Notes under the pieces: model-generated
What the model saw: only the letters and a program-made list of their open reading frames with translations
Told to the model about the DNA's origin: nothing
Databases searched by the model: none
Assembly (NCBI GenBank): GCA_035251955.1
Contig: DATFDS010000246.1
Coordinates: 23,191 to 87,190, forward strand
DNA length: 64,000 nucleotides
Origin: Sphingobium sp.
GTDB taxonomy: Bacteria; Pseudomonadota; Alphaproteobacteria; Sphingomonadales; Sphingomonadaceae
Direction of reading: 5' to 3'
Part shown: positions 20,143-29,955 of the stretch, in pieces
How the letters are laid out: each line of letters opens with the position of its first letter
Numbering within the stretch: position 1 is the first letter of the stretch
Translations under genes and position numbers: made by a program

Positions 20143-20162
20143 AAGTCTACGACTGTATACTT
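20143..20162. promoter_or_regulatory. Candidate TetR operator
   Basis: AAGTCTAC-GACT-GTATACTT imperfect palindrome in the 73-bp divergent BVMO/TetR gap. Confidence 0.55.
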
Positions 20163-20197
20163 GCTGGACTTAGCGGAGTCGCTGGTCTAAGTAAAGG

Positions 20198-20797
20198 GTG
20201 ATGACGAGCCCCGCCGACCCGCCTCTCAAAAGACAGCGCGATGCCGTACAGACCCGGCTTGACATATTACGCGCGGCGCAGCGGCTATTCTCACGGCAGG
20301 GCTACATGGCCACCGGGGTGCGCGACATCGCGCTGGAAGCCGGCGTCTCCTTCGCGCTGGTGCGCCGCTATTATGGGTCGAAACAGGGCCTGCTGCAGGC
20401 AGCGCTCGAAGACATGCTGCATGTCGCGCCGCTGCTGGACGGCGACCGTGCGACCTTCGGCGCGCGCGCGGTGGCGCTGTTCATCGATCGCGCGCGCGAG
20501 GTGACCCCCGTCGCGCTGATGCTGTTGGCAAGCGCCGACCCCGCCGGACGCGCGCTGTGCCAGGACATATTGCAACGGCGAATCCTCTCACCGCTGGCGG
20601 ATTGGCTCGGCGGGCCGGATCGGCATGACCGGGCAGCGCGCCTGCAACTGTTGTGGACCGGCTTCATCGCCACGCAGCAGATCCTTGCGCTGGAGCAGTT
20701 GGCGCCGGACCGCGTCGCCCAGACGCGGCTCTGGCTCGAACGCATATCGCAGGCGATTGCGGACGGGGCACCGGTGGAAGAACTGCTCCCCGCCTGA
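20198..20797 (+). CDS. TetR family transcriptional regulator
   Basis: ILRAAQRLFSRQGY..TGVRDIA..AGVS..LVRRYYGSKQGL helix-turn-helix. Confidence 0.93.
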   Translation: MMTSPADPPLKRQRDAVQTRLDILRAAQRLFSRQGYMATGVRDIALEAGVSFALVRRYYGSKQGLLQAALEDMLHVAPLLDGDRATFGARAVALFIDRAREVTPVALMLLASADPAGRALCQDILQRRILSPLADWLGGPDRHDRAARLQLLWTGFIATQQILALEQLAPDRVAQTRLWLERISQAIADGAPVEELLPA

Positions 20798-20803
20798 CTT
20801 GGC

Positions 20804-20822
20804 GATTGGCAGAATGCCAATC
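20804..20822. promoter_or_regulatory. Perfect inverted repeat upstream of the SDR/ligase operon
   Basis: GATTGGCA-GAA-TGCCAATC. Confidence 0.4.
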
Positions 20823-20939
20823 CATGCTATTAGGAATAGGATTCGGTAATCCGGTCGCCATCTTGAGGGCGGACCGCAGCAACCCGCGATCGGCACCGTC
20901 GCCTTGCAGGCGCCGAGCGATACGGAGAGGAGATTTTTT

Positions 20940-21770
20940 GTGGACCTGGGATTGAAAGATGCGAATGTCGTTCTGGTCGGCGCCTCGCGCGGCATAGGTC
21001 GTGCGGCAGCCCGGCAGTTCGCTGCGGAGGGTGCGAAGGTCGCGCTGCTGGCGCGCAACGTCAAGGGGCTGGAAAAGACCGCAGCCCAGTGCCGCGAGGC
21101 CGGAAGCCCTGAAGTGCTGACCCTGTCCGCCGACATGTCGAGCACCGAGGCCGTCAACGCGGCGATCCAGGCGGCGGGCGAAGCCTGGGGTTCGATCAAC
21201 GTGCTCGTCAACAACGCCGCCAACTCGATCGGCACGCACGGCAATTTCGAGGCCGTTGCCGACGAGAAAATCTACCAGGAAGCGTTCGACCGCATCACCA
21301 TCGGCTACGCCCGCTCGACCCGCGCGGCGTTGCCCTACATGAAAAAGGCCGGGTGGGGCCGCATCGTCAACGTCTCCTCGACGTCGACCAGCGCGGCGAC
21401 GCCGATGCTGCACGTCTACAACATGATGAAGGCCGCATTGGTGTCGATGAGCACCGCCAATGCGAAGGAATTCGCGCCCTTCGGCATTTCGGTCAACCTG
21501 CTCTCGCCCGGCGGCATCATGGTCGAGGGCGGCAATTGGGGCGAGGTGATGAACCGCTATTTTGAGGAAGCCGGGCTCGATCGAACGAACCCCTATGACG
21601 CGGTGAAGCTCAGCAAGGCGAAGTTCGGCTCCACCGATGGCGGCTGGATGAACCGCTACGGCAATGTCGACGAATATGGCACGGCGATCGTGTTCCTGGG
21701 GTCGAAGGCCAACAGCTTCATGACCGGCGCCAACGTCAATGTCGACGGTGGCTCAAACTTCCATTCCTGA
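20940..21770 (+). CDS. SDR family oxidoreductase
   Basis: GASRGIG, NNA, YNMMK; GTG start after GGAGAGGAG. Confidence 0.9.
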   Translation: MDLGLKDANVVLVGASRGIGRAAARQFAAEGAKVALLARNVKGLEKTAAQCREAGSPEVLTLSADMSSTEAVNAAIQAAGEAWGSINVLVNNAANSIGTHGNFEAVADEKIYQEAFDRITIGYARSTRAALPYMKKAGWGRIVNVSSTSTSAATPMLHVYNMMKAALVSMSTANAKEFAPFGISVNLLSPGGIMVEGGNWGEVMNRYFEEAGLDRTNPYDAVKLSKAKFGSTDGGWMNRYGNVDEYGTAIVFLGSKANSFMTGANVNVDGGSNFHS

Positions 21771-21776
21771 TCGCGA

Positions 21777-23279
21777 GTGACGATGATGAACGAGTTGCAG
21801 CAAATCAGTGCCCGCATGCTGGATCGCGATCCGGCGCTGCCCCTGATCGAGTTCGAGGACAGCGTTTATCGGCTGAAGGAAGTCAAGGAATTGGCCGACC
21901 AGCTCGACGCGCTGCTCGGCGCCACGGGCGCGGCGCAGATCGCGCCCGTCGTCTTCATTGCCCGCAACCAGCCGGCCTCGCTGGCTGCGCTTCTGGGCCT
22001 GCTGCGCGCGGGCCGGACGATCCGGATGCTTTATCCGTTCCAGTCGCCAGCTGCGATCGCCGCCAATATCGGCAAGCTCAAGCCGGCCATCGTCATCGCG
22101 GCGGAAGGCGAATATACCGACGAAGTGCGTGTCGCGATGCGCGAACTGGGATCGGCAGCGATCGTCATCAGCGAGATGGAAGCAAAGGCCCTGCCCGGCT
22201 TCGAAACCTCGACGACGCCGCTGGAGGAAGGCCTGCCGCAGGAGCCGCAGGTCGAAGTATTGACCAGCGGCACGACCGGCCCGCCCAAGCATTTCCCGCT
22301 GACCTACGAGGTTATCGCCAAGCATTTCGTCGACTCCACCGATCCGATGCAACGGCGGTCGGGCGCCGAGGGCGAGCCGCCAGTGCTGGCCTTCTTCCCG
22401 CTCGGCAATGTCTCGGGCGTCTACAGCATCTATACCTCGCTGCTGCGCGGCATGCGGATCCAGTTGCTGGAGCGCTTCAACGTCCAGGCATGGCGCGCCT
22501 ATATCGTCAAGTATCGGCCGGTCTGGTACGGCCTGCCCGCGGCACTGGTGCCGGTGGTCTATGACGCCGACATTCCGCCCGAAGACCTCGCCTCCGTCAA
22601 ATATTACAGCAGCGGCGCGGCCTATCTCGACCCCGAAATTCATCGCGCCTTCGAACAGCGCTATGGCGGCAAGATCCTGCTGTCTTATGGCGCGACCGAA
22701 TTCGGCGGTCCCGTTACCGGCATGAGCCCGGAGATGCACGACGAATGGGGTGAGAAGAAGTTCGGCAGTGTGGGCCGTGCTTTCGGCGACAACAAGGTGC
22801 GCGTCGTCGATCCCGAAACGCGGGAGGAATTACCTGCCGGTCAGGAAGGCATGCTGGAAGTGCTTGCGCCGCGCGTCGGCAGCGATTGGATCCGGACGTC
22901 CGACCTGGGCATGATCGACGCGGACGGTTTCCTCTATCATCGCGGCCGGGCCGACGGCGCGATCATGCGCGGCGGCTTCAAGATCCTGCCGGAGACGATC
23001 GAAAAGGCACTCGCGCTGCATCCGGCGGTCGGCCTGGTCGCGGTCGCGCCGAAGGCGGATCGCCGCCTTGGCCAGGTGCCGGTGGTGGCGATCGTACCCA
23101 AGGAAGGCGTGCCGCGCCCGACTTTCGCGGAACTGGAAACGCATCTGCGCCAACATGTGCTCGCGACGCACATTCCCGCAGCCTGGCGCTATGTCGCGGA
23201 ACTGCCGCGCAACCTTTCGATGAAGGTCGACCGGCGCGGCGTTGCCGCCCTGTTCGATGAAGAGGAAGCCGTCTCCTGA
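21777..23279 (+). CDS. Acyl-CoA synthetase (class I adenylate-forming enzyme)
   Basis: TSGTTGPPK, YGATE, RTSDLG, GFKI. Confidence 0.9.
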   Translation: MTMMNELQQISARMLDRDPALPLIEFEDSVYRLKEVKELADQLDALLGATGAAQIAPVVFIARNQPASLAALLGLLRAGRTIRMLYPFQSPAAIAANIGKLKPAIVIAAEGEYTDEVRVAMRELGSAAIVISEMEAKALPGFETSTTPLEEGLPQEPQVEVLTSGTTGPPKHFPLTYEVIAKHFVDSTDPMQRRSGAEGEPPVLAFFPLGNVSGVYSIYTSLLRGMRIQLLERFNVQAWRAYIVKYRPVWYGLPAALVPVVYDADIPPEDLASVKYYSSGAAYLDPEIHRAFEQRYGGKILLSYGATEFGGPVTGMSPEMHDEWGEKKFGSVGRAFGDNKVRVVDPETREELPAGQEGMLEVLAPRVGSDWIRTSDLGMIDADGFLYHRGRADGAIMRGGFKILPETIEKALALHPAVGLVAVAPKADRRLGQVPVVAIVPKEGVPRPTFAELETHLRQHVLATHIPAAWRYVAELPRNLSMKVDRRGVAALFDEEEAVS

Positions 23280-23304
23280 AGGAGACGGCGACCGCCCGCC
23301 GGCG

Positions 23305-23796
23305 TCAACTGCGCCGGCGGAAGATGCTGTCGGGCGAGGTCCAGTCGACCCGCGGTTGGCGCTGCGCGATCAACCAGTCATCGCCGACCTTGCGGAACCG
23401 GTCGACATAGACGCCGCAATGGTCGGGCCCGACCTGCGTCCAGACCGCGAAATAGGTGCGCACATCCGCCTCGTCCGGCCCGGCCAACTCGATATGGCAG
23501 GTCGAAATGTGATGACGCACGAACGGGCGCGCCTTCTGTTCGACCGGTTTCTCCGGGGTCGGCGCGGGCGGCTGGACATCATCGACCTTCTTCGGCGGGC
23601 GCGCCATGCCGGTAAAGAAACCGGCGATCGCCTCCCGCCCTTCCAGCCGGGCTCCGCCGGTGGCCGCAAGATCAAACACAGCGTCCTGGGTGAACAGTGC
23701 AACCAGATCCGCCACCTTCAACCGGTCGCCATGGACATTATAGGCGGCCAGGGTGCGGCGGATGCCCTCCCGAGCCAGCAGTTCATCGATCGTCAT
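23305..23796 (-). CDS. SnoaL/NTF2-like protein
   Basis: EGIRRTLAAY...GREAI...VRHH...GVYVDRFRKVGDDWLIAQR. Confidence 0.8.
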   Translation of the reverse strand: MTIDELLAREGIRRTLAAYNVHGDRLKVADLVALFTQDAVFDLAATGGARLEGREAIAGFFTGMARPPKKVDDVQPPAPTPEKPVEQKARPFVRHHISTCHIELAGPDEADVRTYFAVWTQVGPDHCGVYVDRFRKVGDDWLIAQRQPRVDWTSPDSIFRRRS

Positions 23797-23823
23797 GATC
23801 TCTCCTTCCCGACTCGCGCCGCT

Positions 23824-24642
23824 TCAATTGGACGAGTCCAGCTTCGCCATCGGATCGGGCCAACCGGTGCTGAACTGCGGGTCGCGCTTTTCGGCGAAGG
23901 CCTGCAGGCCTTCGACCATATCGCCCGACAACAGCACGCGATGGGCTACCGCCTGGTAATGGCGATGCTGCTCCTCGATCATGATGTCGCGCCAGAATTT
24001 GATCGCCTTCTTCGTACCCCACAATGCCGGCTGCGACATTTTGCACATCGCCTCGGCGCGGCGCAGCGCCTCGGCCATCAGCCCTTGGGGCGTGGTCAGC
24101 GCCTGAACGAGACCGAGGCGATAGGCATCCGCCGCCTGCAGCCGCTCGCCCGCAAGCATGATGTCCATCACCGCGCCGATCGGCAGCAACCGGGGCAGCA
24201 CCGAAACGGCGAGCCCCGCGATGAAGCCGCGCCCGGGTTCGGGAAGCCCGAACCAGGCATTTTCCGACGCCACGCGAATGTCGCAGCTGATCGCGATTTC
24301 AAGGCCGCCGCCCACCGCCAGTCCGTTGATCGCGGCAATGGTGGGCTTTTCGCAGGCGGCAATGCCGGCGATATCGGGTTCGCGGGCCATCGGCACCATG
24401 CGGCGGCCGCCACGCGCCGGCTCGTCGCCGGTACGCATGGCCTTGAGGTCGGCGCCCGCCGAAAAGGCCTGATCCCCCGCACCCGTGACGATCAGCACCT
24501 TCTGCGCGTCATCGTCGGAAAATTCGGCCACCGTGTCGGCAAGCATCTGAAACATCCCACCCGAAAGCGCGTTGCGCCGTTCGGGCCGGTTGATGGTGAC
24601 AATCGTGATGCCACCCTGTTTGTCCACCAGAAGATCCGACAT
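23824..24642 (-). CDS. Enoyl-CoA hydratase/isomerase
   Basis: INRPERRNA, FSAGADL, GGGLE and LPE (both catalytic Glu present). Confidence 0.92.
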   Translation of the reverse strand: MSDLLVDKQGGITIVTINRPERRNALSGGMFQMLADTVAEFSDDDAQKVLIVTGAGDQAFSAGADLKAMRTGDEPARGGRRMVPMAREPDIAGIAACEKPTIAAINGLAVGGGLEIAISCDIRVASENAWFGLPEPGRGFIAGLAVSVLPRLLPIGAVMDIMLAGERLQAADAYRLGLVQALTTPQGLMAEALRRAEAMCKMSQPALWGTKKAIKFWRDIMIEEQHRHYQAVAHRVLLSGDMVEGLQAFAEKRDPQFSTGWPDPMAKLDSSN

Positions 24643-24943
24643 GCGCCTCTCCCTATCTCTGTGTTCAGCTTTCGCTATTGCAGGGCCCGACCATCTGTCG
24701 TCAAGCTTTTCCCGAACGAAATTCGTATTTATATCCGTCACGGCTGGACTTCCGCCTTTGGACGGTTGTAGGGCTAGGGACGATGCGGATGAGCGACGAC
24801 CTTCTGCGCAGCCTTCAGGACGGCCTGTTCGAGCATCCGCAAGCCCGACGCACCGATCCATTTCGACCAAGCGGAGGCGGCGGCGGGCTCTTACGACCTG
24901 GAGGCCGGAATAAGCGGGTGCGGTACGCACAGTGGAGAGAGCA

Positions 24944-25711
24944 ATGGCACTGGAACGGTTGAATCTGGACGGCAAGGTCGCGATCATCACCGGCGGCGCA
25001 CGCGGCGTCGGCAGAGGCATCGCGGACGTGCTGGCGGAAGCCGGTGCGTCGGTCGTCATCTCCGCCCGCACGCAGGCCGATCTGGACGACGCCGTCGCCC
25101 AGATCGAGGCCGCGGGCGGCAAAGCGGCGGCGCTTGCCTGCGACGTCACCAGGGAAGCCGACAATCGCCGGCTGATCGACGCCGCGCTGGAACGGTTCGG
25201 GCGGATCGACATATTGGTCAACAATGCCGGCGGCGCCAAGGCCGTGCCCTTCATGGAGGAAACGGCCGACAAGTTCGCGCGCGATTTCCATTTCAACGTC
25301 ATCTCCGCGTTCCAGTTGACCCAAATGGCCGCACCGCACTTGATCGCGGCGGGCGGCGGTTCGGTGGTGAATATCTCGTCGCGATCGGCCCAGGTCGGCG
25401 GCAGAGGATTTACCACCTACAGCGTCGCCAAATTGGGCCTGGAACGGCTGACGCACATCATGGCGCAGGAACTGGCGCCGCATATCCGCGTCAATGCGAT
25501 CTCGCTCGGCACGATCATGAGCGACGGGCTCCAAGGATATCTCGACAGCAACCCGGAACTCAAGGCTTCCTTCTACGGCAAGATCCCGCTCGGCCGCGTC
25601 GGTGATGCTGCGGATATCGGGCTTGCCGCCCTCTATCTCTGCTCGGCCGGCTGCTACGCGACCGGCGCCGTCATCCGTGTCGACGGTGGCATCACCAGTT
25701 CGATCTCCTGA
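24944..25711 (+). CDS. SDR family oxidoreductase
   Basis: TGGARGVG, NNAGG, YSVAK. Confidence 0.93.
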   Translation: MALERLNLDGKVAIITGGARGVGRGIADVLAEAGASVVISARTQADLDDAVAQIEAAGGKAAALACDVTREADNRRLIDAALERFGRIDILVNNAGGAKAVPFMEETADKFARDFHFNVISAFQLTQMAAPHLIAAGGGSVVNISSRSAQVGGRGFTTYSVAKLGLERLTHIMAQELAPHIRVNAISLGTIMSDGLQGYLDSNPELKASFYGKIPLGRVGDAADIGLAALYLCSAGCYATGAVIRVDGGITSSIS

Positions 25712-25836
25712 TCCGCCGGCCTATTTCCGCATCACACCCATATGGCCCGGCGTTCCGGGCTCGCTCCGGCCCTTGGATCAGATGTCCGCGAGTCGGGAAA
25801 ATGCGTGATGTACCGCCGCTGCGATCGTGCAGGAAA

Positions 25837-25867
25837 ATGGGTCCGGTCCTTGATGAACCGGACCCAT
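25837..25867. terminator. Hairpin between convergent SDR and TonB receptor genes
   Basis: ATGGGTCCGGT-N9-ACCGGACCCAT perfect 11-bp stem, with a short U-run on the minus strand. Confidence 0.5.
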
Positions 25868-25889
25868 GAAGGCGTTCTGACGGCAATCG

Positions 25890-28295
25890 TCAGAATTCGA
25901 ACGTCAAATCGACACCGTAGGTCCGGGCCCGCTCATAGGTCGCCGAGGCGCCATAATAGAGGAAGATCGGGAAGGTCGGGTTGTCGGCATTGGTGAGGTT
26001 GCGCACCCAAGCCGCCAGCTCTGCATTCGCCCCGGAAATCGAGATATTCTTCAGCGCAACGCGCCCGTTGAGCTTCCACATGGCATCCGAATAGAGCAGA
26101 TCGTCATAGGCGGCGGGCAGGCCGGTCTGCGAGATCACACGGTTCTTCGAACGCCAGGTGGCGTCGAGACGCAACATCATGGTCGTCTCGTCGAACAGCG
26201 GCAGCGTTTCATATTGGGCAGAAAGATTGGCGGTCCAATTGGGCCGCTGCGCGGCGTAGCTGTCTGGCGCGCGTAGCAGGGGGTTGATGTTGGAGAATTT
26301 ACTGTCCGTATAGCCCAGCGCGCCCGTCAGCGTCACACCCCGAAGCGGAACCGCGTTCAGCTCAAGTTCGAAACCCTTGGTATCGAGATCGCCTTCCGAC
26401 ACGACCACGGTGCCGAGATCGCGCCGGGGCGGCGTCAGCGTGGCGCCGCTGCCAACCGACTGGATATTCTTGTAATCGGCAGTGAACAACGCAAGATTGG
26501 CGCGCAGACGACGGTCGAACAGGTCGGCCTTGACGCCGCCTTCCCACGACTTGACGGTCTCGTCGGCGAAGGCAATACCCGACACCGAACCGCCCGACAC
26601 ATAGCCGGTCGAATATTTGGCGTAGAGCAATATGCCATCCATCGGACGATAGTTGACGCCGCCCATGAAGCTTGGCCGCGTCTTCCTATATGTGAATGGA
26701 TAAACGCCCTGGCTGTTCGAGAAGTTGTAGGCGATACCCGACTTCTTGTCGCGGGTTACACGGATGCCGCCAAGGATGTCGAGTTCGGGCGTGACATGGA
26801 TTTCCGCCTGGCCGTAACCGGCGATGGAGGTCGCCTTGTTATCCGAATAATTCTTTTCACCCACGAAAAGATTGCCGCCGATGACCGGCGTACCGCCCAG
26901 AACCGGGACCAGGAAGGTCGAACTGCCCAGGCCGTCCGGCGCGCCGGTGGTCGACTTCGAATGATACCAGATGCCGCCGAGGGTCAGGGTCAGCAGATCG
27001 CTGTCATAGTTCAGCTGAAGCTCTTCGCTCCACTGCTTGAACTCGTTTTTGACTTGCGAGGTGCCGAACAGCAGCGGCGTTCCGACGTAAAAGGGTGCGG
27101 CCGCAGCCGGATAGCCGATGGTGACCAGCTGGTCATAGGCAGCCTGGGTGATCTTGACGCCGCCAAAGCCGCTATATTCGGAATTGGCGAAGATCCGGCT
27201 CTTGCGGAAGGCAAGGATGTTCTTGAGCGAGATATTGTCGTTCAACCGCAACATGCTGGTGAGGTTATGCCCTTGGGTCCGGGAATAACCGGGCGTCGTA
27301 TAGGCGTTGTTGACGCTGTCGGGCCGGTGCGAGCCCGCGATCTCCAGCGGATAAGCCGCGAAAGACAGCTTCACCGCATTGACGATAGCGGTCGGAACGC
27401 CAATCGCCGCAAGATAGTCGGGCGTATAGACACCGACGGCGTTGCCTTCCGGCGTGAAATGACTATCCGACCAGTCGAACTTGTAGGTGGTCTTGAAGTC
27501 GTCGCTCGGCTGGAACTTGACGGCGACGAAAACCGAATCGTTATTCTCGTCCCCCAAGGTCTTGGGAGATACCTGGATGCCCTGACCGGTATTCGGCCCG
27601 GTGCGGTTCCATACCGTTCCGGCACCAAGATTCTTGATGTCGCCGGTGCGCTCGCTATGCGTGAAGCTCGCCGACACGCTGACAGGGCCCCAGGCCGGAA
27701 GATCGACGCGGGTCGAACTACGGAACTGGTCGTAATTGCCGACGGTGAACACCTGGCGGAGGCTGGATTCGCCGCTGGGATCGCGGGTGACGACGCTGAC
27801 GGCGCCGGCGGTCGAGTTGCGGCCGAACAGCGTGCCCTGCGGACCGCGCAGCACCTCGATGCGTTCGATGTCCGGCAGTTCGAAGGCCGAGCCGAAGGAA
27901 CTGCCGATGTAGACGCCGTCGAGATAGGTCGAAATCGCCTTGTCCTGGCCAGGCACCGAGCCGTAGCTGACCGATCCGCGCATGGAATAATTGGCAACGC
28001 CGATGCCGCCCGCAGTCGGACGGATGGTCAGGTTCGGCGCCATATTGCCCAGATCCATGACGCTCACGATGCGGTTGGCCTGCAGTGCCGTCTGCGACAG
28101 TGCGGTAATGGCGATCGGAACGTCCTGCAGATTCTGCTCGCGCTTCTGCGCGGTCACAATGATGTCTTCGACGCCGGGGGCCGGGCCGCTCTGCGCCTGG
28201 GCGTGGCTCCCGGCCATGACGGCACCGACCGCGCAGCAGCCCAGCAGGCTGATGCGAACGCCACGAAGACATGATTTTACGGTGATTGGATTCAC
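25890..28295 (-). CDS. TonB-dependent receptor (copy 1)
   Basis: Signal peptide, EDIIVTAQKRE, RIEVLRGPQGTLFGRN, C-terminal Phe. GTG start chosen after GGGGGAGG. Confidence 0.95.
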   Translation of the reverse strand: MNPITVKSCLRGVRISLLGCCAVGAVMAGSHAQAQSGPAPGVEDIIVTAQKREQNLQDVPIAITALSQTALQANRIVSVMDLGNMAPNLTIRPTAGGIGVANYSMRGSVSYGSVPGQDKAISTYLDGVYIGSSFGSAFELPDIERIEVLRGPQGTLFGRNSTAGAVSVVTRDPSGESSLRQVFTVGNYDQFRSSTRVDLPAWGPVSVSASFTHSERTGDIKNLGAGTVWNRTGPNTGQGIQVSPKTLGDENNDSVFVAVKFQPSDDFKTTYKFDWSDSHFTPEGNAVGVYTPDYLAAIGVPTAIVNAVKLSFAAYPLEIAGSHRPDSVNNAYTTPGYSRTQGHNLTSMLRLNDNISLKNILAFRKSRIFANSEYSGFGGVKITQAAYDQLVTIGYPAAAAPFYVGTPLLFGTSQVKNEFKQWSEELQLNYDSDLLTLTLGGIWYHSKSTTGAPDGLGSSTFLVPVLGGTPVIGGNLFVGEKNYSDNKATSIAGYGQAEIHVTPELDILGGIRVTRDKKSGIAYNFSNSQGVYPFTYRKTRPSFMGGVNYRPMDGILLYAKYSTGYVSGGSVSGIAFADETVKSWEGGVKADLFDRRLRANLALFTADYKNIQSVGSGATLTPPRRDLGTVVVSEGDLDTKGFELELNAVPLRGVTLTGALGYTDSKFSNINPLLRAPDSYAAQRPNWTANLSAQYETLPLFDETTMMLRLDATWRSKNRVISQTGLPAAYDDLLYSDAMWKLNGRVALKNISISGANAELAAWVRNLTNADNPTFPIFLYYGASATYERARTYGVDLTFEF

Positions 28296-28514
28296 GCAAA
28301 CCTCCCCCCAAAGGGCCGTGTCCATCCTTCAGGAAAGGACCGGCATGATCGTCCATTCTTGTTCTTTGGGGCTGGCTTAACGTGCAGGGAGGATGAGTTC
28401 AATGATTTTCGATAGGGTATCAGTTTTTATGCTTCGAACGGAAATCGGATGCCTCCGGGCCGGGCATCGGCGCTCCCGACGCCCGGATTTCAATCGCTTA
28501 CAGGCAGCGCATCG

Positions 28515-29582
28515 TTACAGCCATTGACGATGACCGTTGAGCATGGCGCGCAGCGTCACTTCGTCGGGCATCGGCCGATCGAGCAGCCGGGCCGTCTGAA
28601 TGGCGAGCGCGGCGACCTTCAGCGCCACGAAGTCCTCATACCATTCGAACTCGTCGACGGATTTGCCGCATGCGTCCTGCCACAGCGCGATGGTCTCCTC
28701 ACGCGTCAACATTCCTTCCAGCGCCGGCCGCCCGGGCCGGGCGCCATGATTGGCGCGATCCATGAACAGCCACCAGGCCAGGTCATGCAGCGCCCCACCC
28801 AACGAGGGCTGCTCCCAGTCCATGACCGCGACGACTTCGAAGGCATCGTCGAACATCATGTTGCCGAGACGCGAGTCACCCCAGACCAGCCCTTCGGGCC
28901 GGTTCGAGGGCCAGCGGCGCTTCAGTTCGGCCAACGCCGCCCGCAGGACAGGCGCGGGATATTCTGCCGTGACCCAGTCGACATAGCGGACCCAGCGCTC
29001 CCATTCCTGCTCCGGGCCGACGAGCCCGGTGTCCCGATCCGCCAGGAAGCCGAGCGAGGACACCGGCGTCAGCTGCGTCGCACCCAACTGCCGCACGGCG
29101 TTGGTGCTCATGATGCGGCGCTGCTCGGGCGTCGCTTCGGCCACCCAGCCGCCCTGCGCATAAGGCGGCGAGCTGGTGGAAGCGACGCGGCCATATTTCT
29201 TCTCCATGACGAAGAAAGGCGCCCCGACGAGATCCGACGACGCCTCGAACGCCAGCGGTTTGGCGATCCGCACATGTCCCTGCTCGTGCAGCACCCGCAT
29301 CAACTGATATTGTTCGTCGAACAGATCATGGGGATAGTAGAGATGATCGGTGGGCTTGATCCGCACCACCATGCCCTGCGTCCGCTCCTTGCCCTGCTCC
29401 GTCCAGACCGCATCGAACAGGATTGTCTCGTGCGATCGGCCCGCGCCGAAGGGGTAGGAGAAATTCTCCAGCCGCGCCTCGGCGCCGTCCAGCACCTTTT
29501 CACTGATCCAGGTCGTCAGGCTCTGTCGCAGATCATCCAGATCACGGACATTGGGGGCGACGATGACATTGTCGTCAGACAT
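28515..29582 (-). CDS. APH-family phosphotransferase (ACAD10/LvaA-like kinase)
   Basis: GRSHET, PFFVME, WGDSRLGN, DWE. Confidence 0.85.
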   Translation of the reverse strand: MSDDNVIVAPNVRDLDDLRQSLTTWISEKVLDGAEARLENFSYPFGAGRSHETILFDAVWTEQGKERTQGMVVRIKPTDHLYYPHDLFDEQYQLMRVLHEQGHVRIAKPLAFEASSDLVGAPFFVMEKKYGRVASTSSPPYAQGGWVAEATPEQRRIMSTNAVRQLGATQLTPVSSLGFLADRDTGLVGPEQEWERWVRYVDWVTAEYPAPVLRAALAELKRRWPSNRPEGLVWGDSRLGNMMFDDAFEVVAVMDWEQPSLGGALHDLAWWLFMDRANHGARPGRPALEGMLTREETIALWQDACGKSVDEFEWYEDFVALKVAALAIQTARLLDRPMPDEVTLRAMLNGHRQWL

Positions 29583-29761
29583 GGTTTCTCCTCAAAACTG
29601 TTCCGGGACATGACGACCAAGACGTCGGCGCGCGGTCCTGCCTTGCCGGTCTTATCCCATGCCTTGGCACAGCTTCGCCTATTCTGCAAATTGACGGCGA
29701 ATGGACACTCCGTGCAGCAGCGTTAGAACTTGAGCTAACACCAGAAGAAGGGGAGGATGAC

Positions 29762-29860
29762 ATGGCCCGCATCACGATCAACGGCCTCGGCATCGAATAT
29801 GAATTGCTGGGCGATAAGGGCGCCCCTGCGGTCGCGATCACGCCGGGCGGGCGCTTTTCG
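29762..29860 (+). pseudogene. Truncated N-terminus of an alpha/beta-hydrolase
   Basis: Strong RBS GAAGGGGAGG, then MARITINGLGIEYELLGDKGAPAVAITPGGRFS, after which similarity is lost. Confidence 0.65.
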
Positions 29861-29955
29861 ATTCGGCGGTCGGCCTTGCCTATCGTTCGATGCTGGGCGG
29901 TGCGGAATGGACCGTCTGGCCTATCGCGGCCGGGTGCCGGGCCGGCAGCGCTGCG

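Noticed and set aside
21777-23279. NRPS/PKS biosynthetic cluster interpretation of the adenylation enzymes
   Set aside because: No carrier, condensation or ketosynthase domains in the window; the stand-alone ligases fit CoA activation for catabolism.
23824-25416. 530-aa apparent extended crotonase
   Set aside because: The extension is antisense to the SDR at 24944; the crotonase domain begins at 24642.
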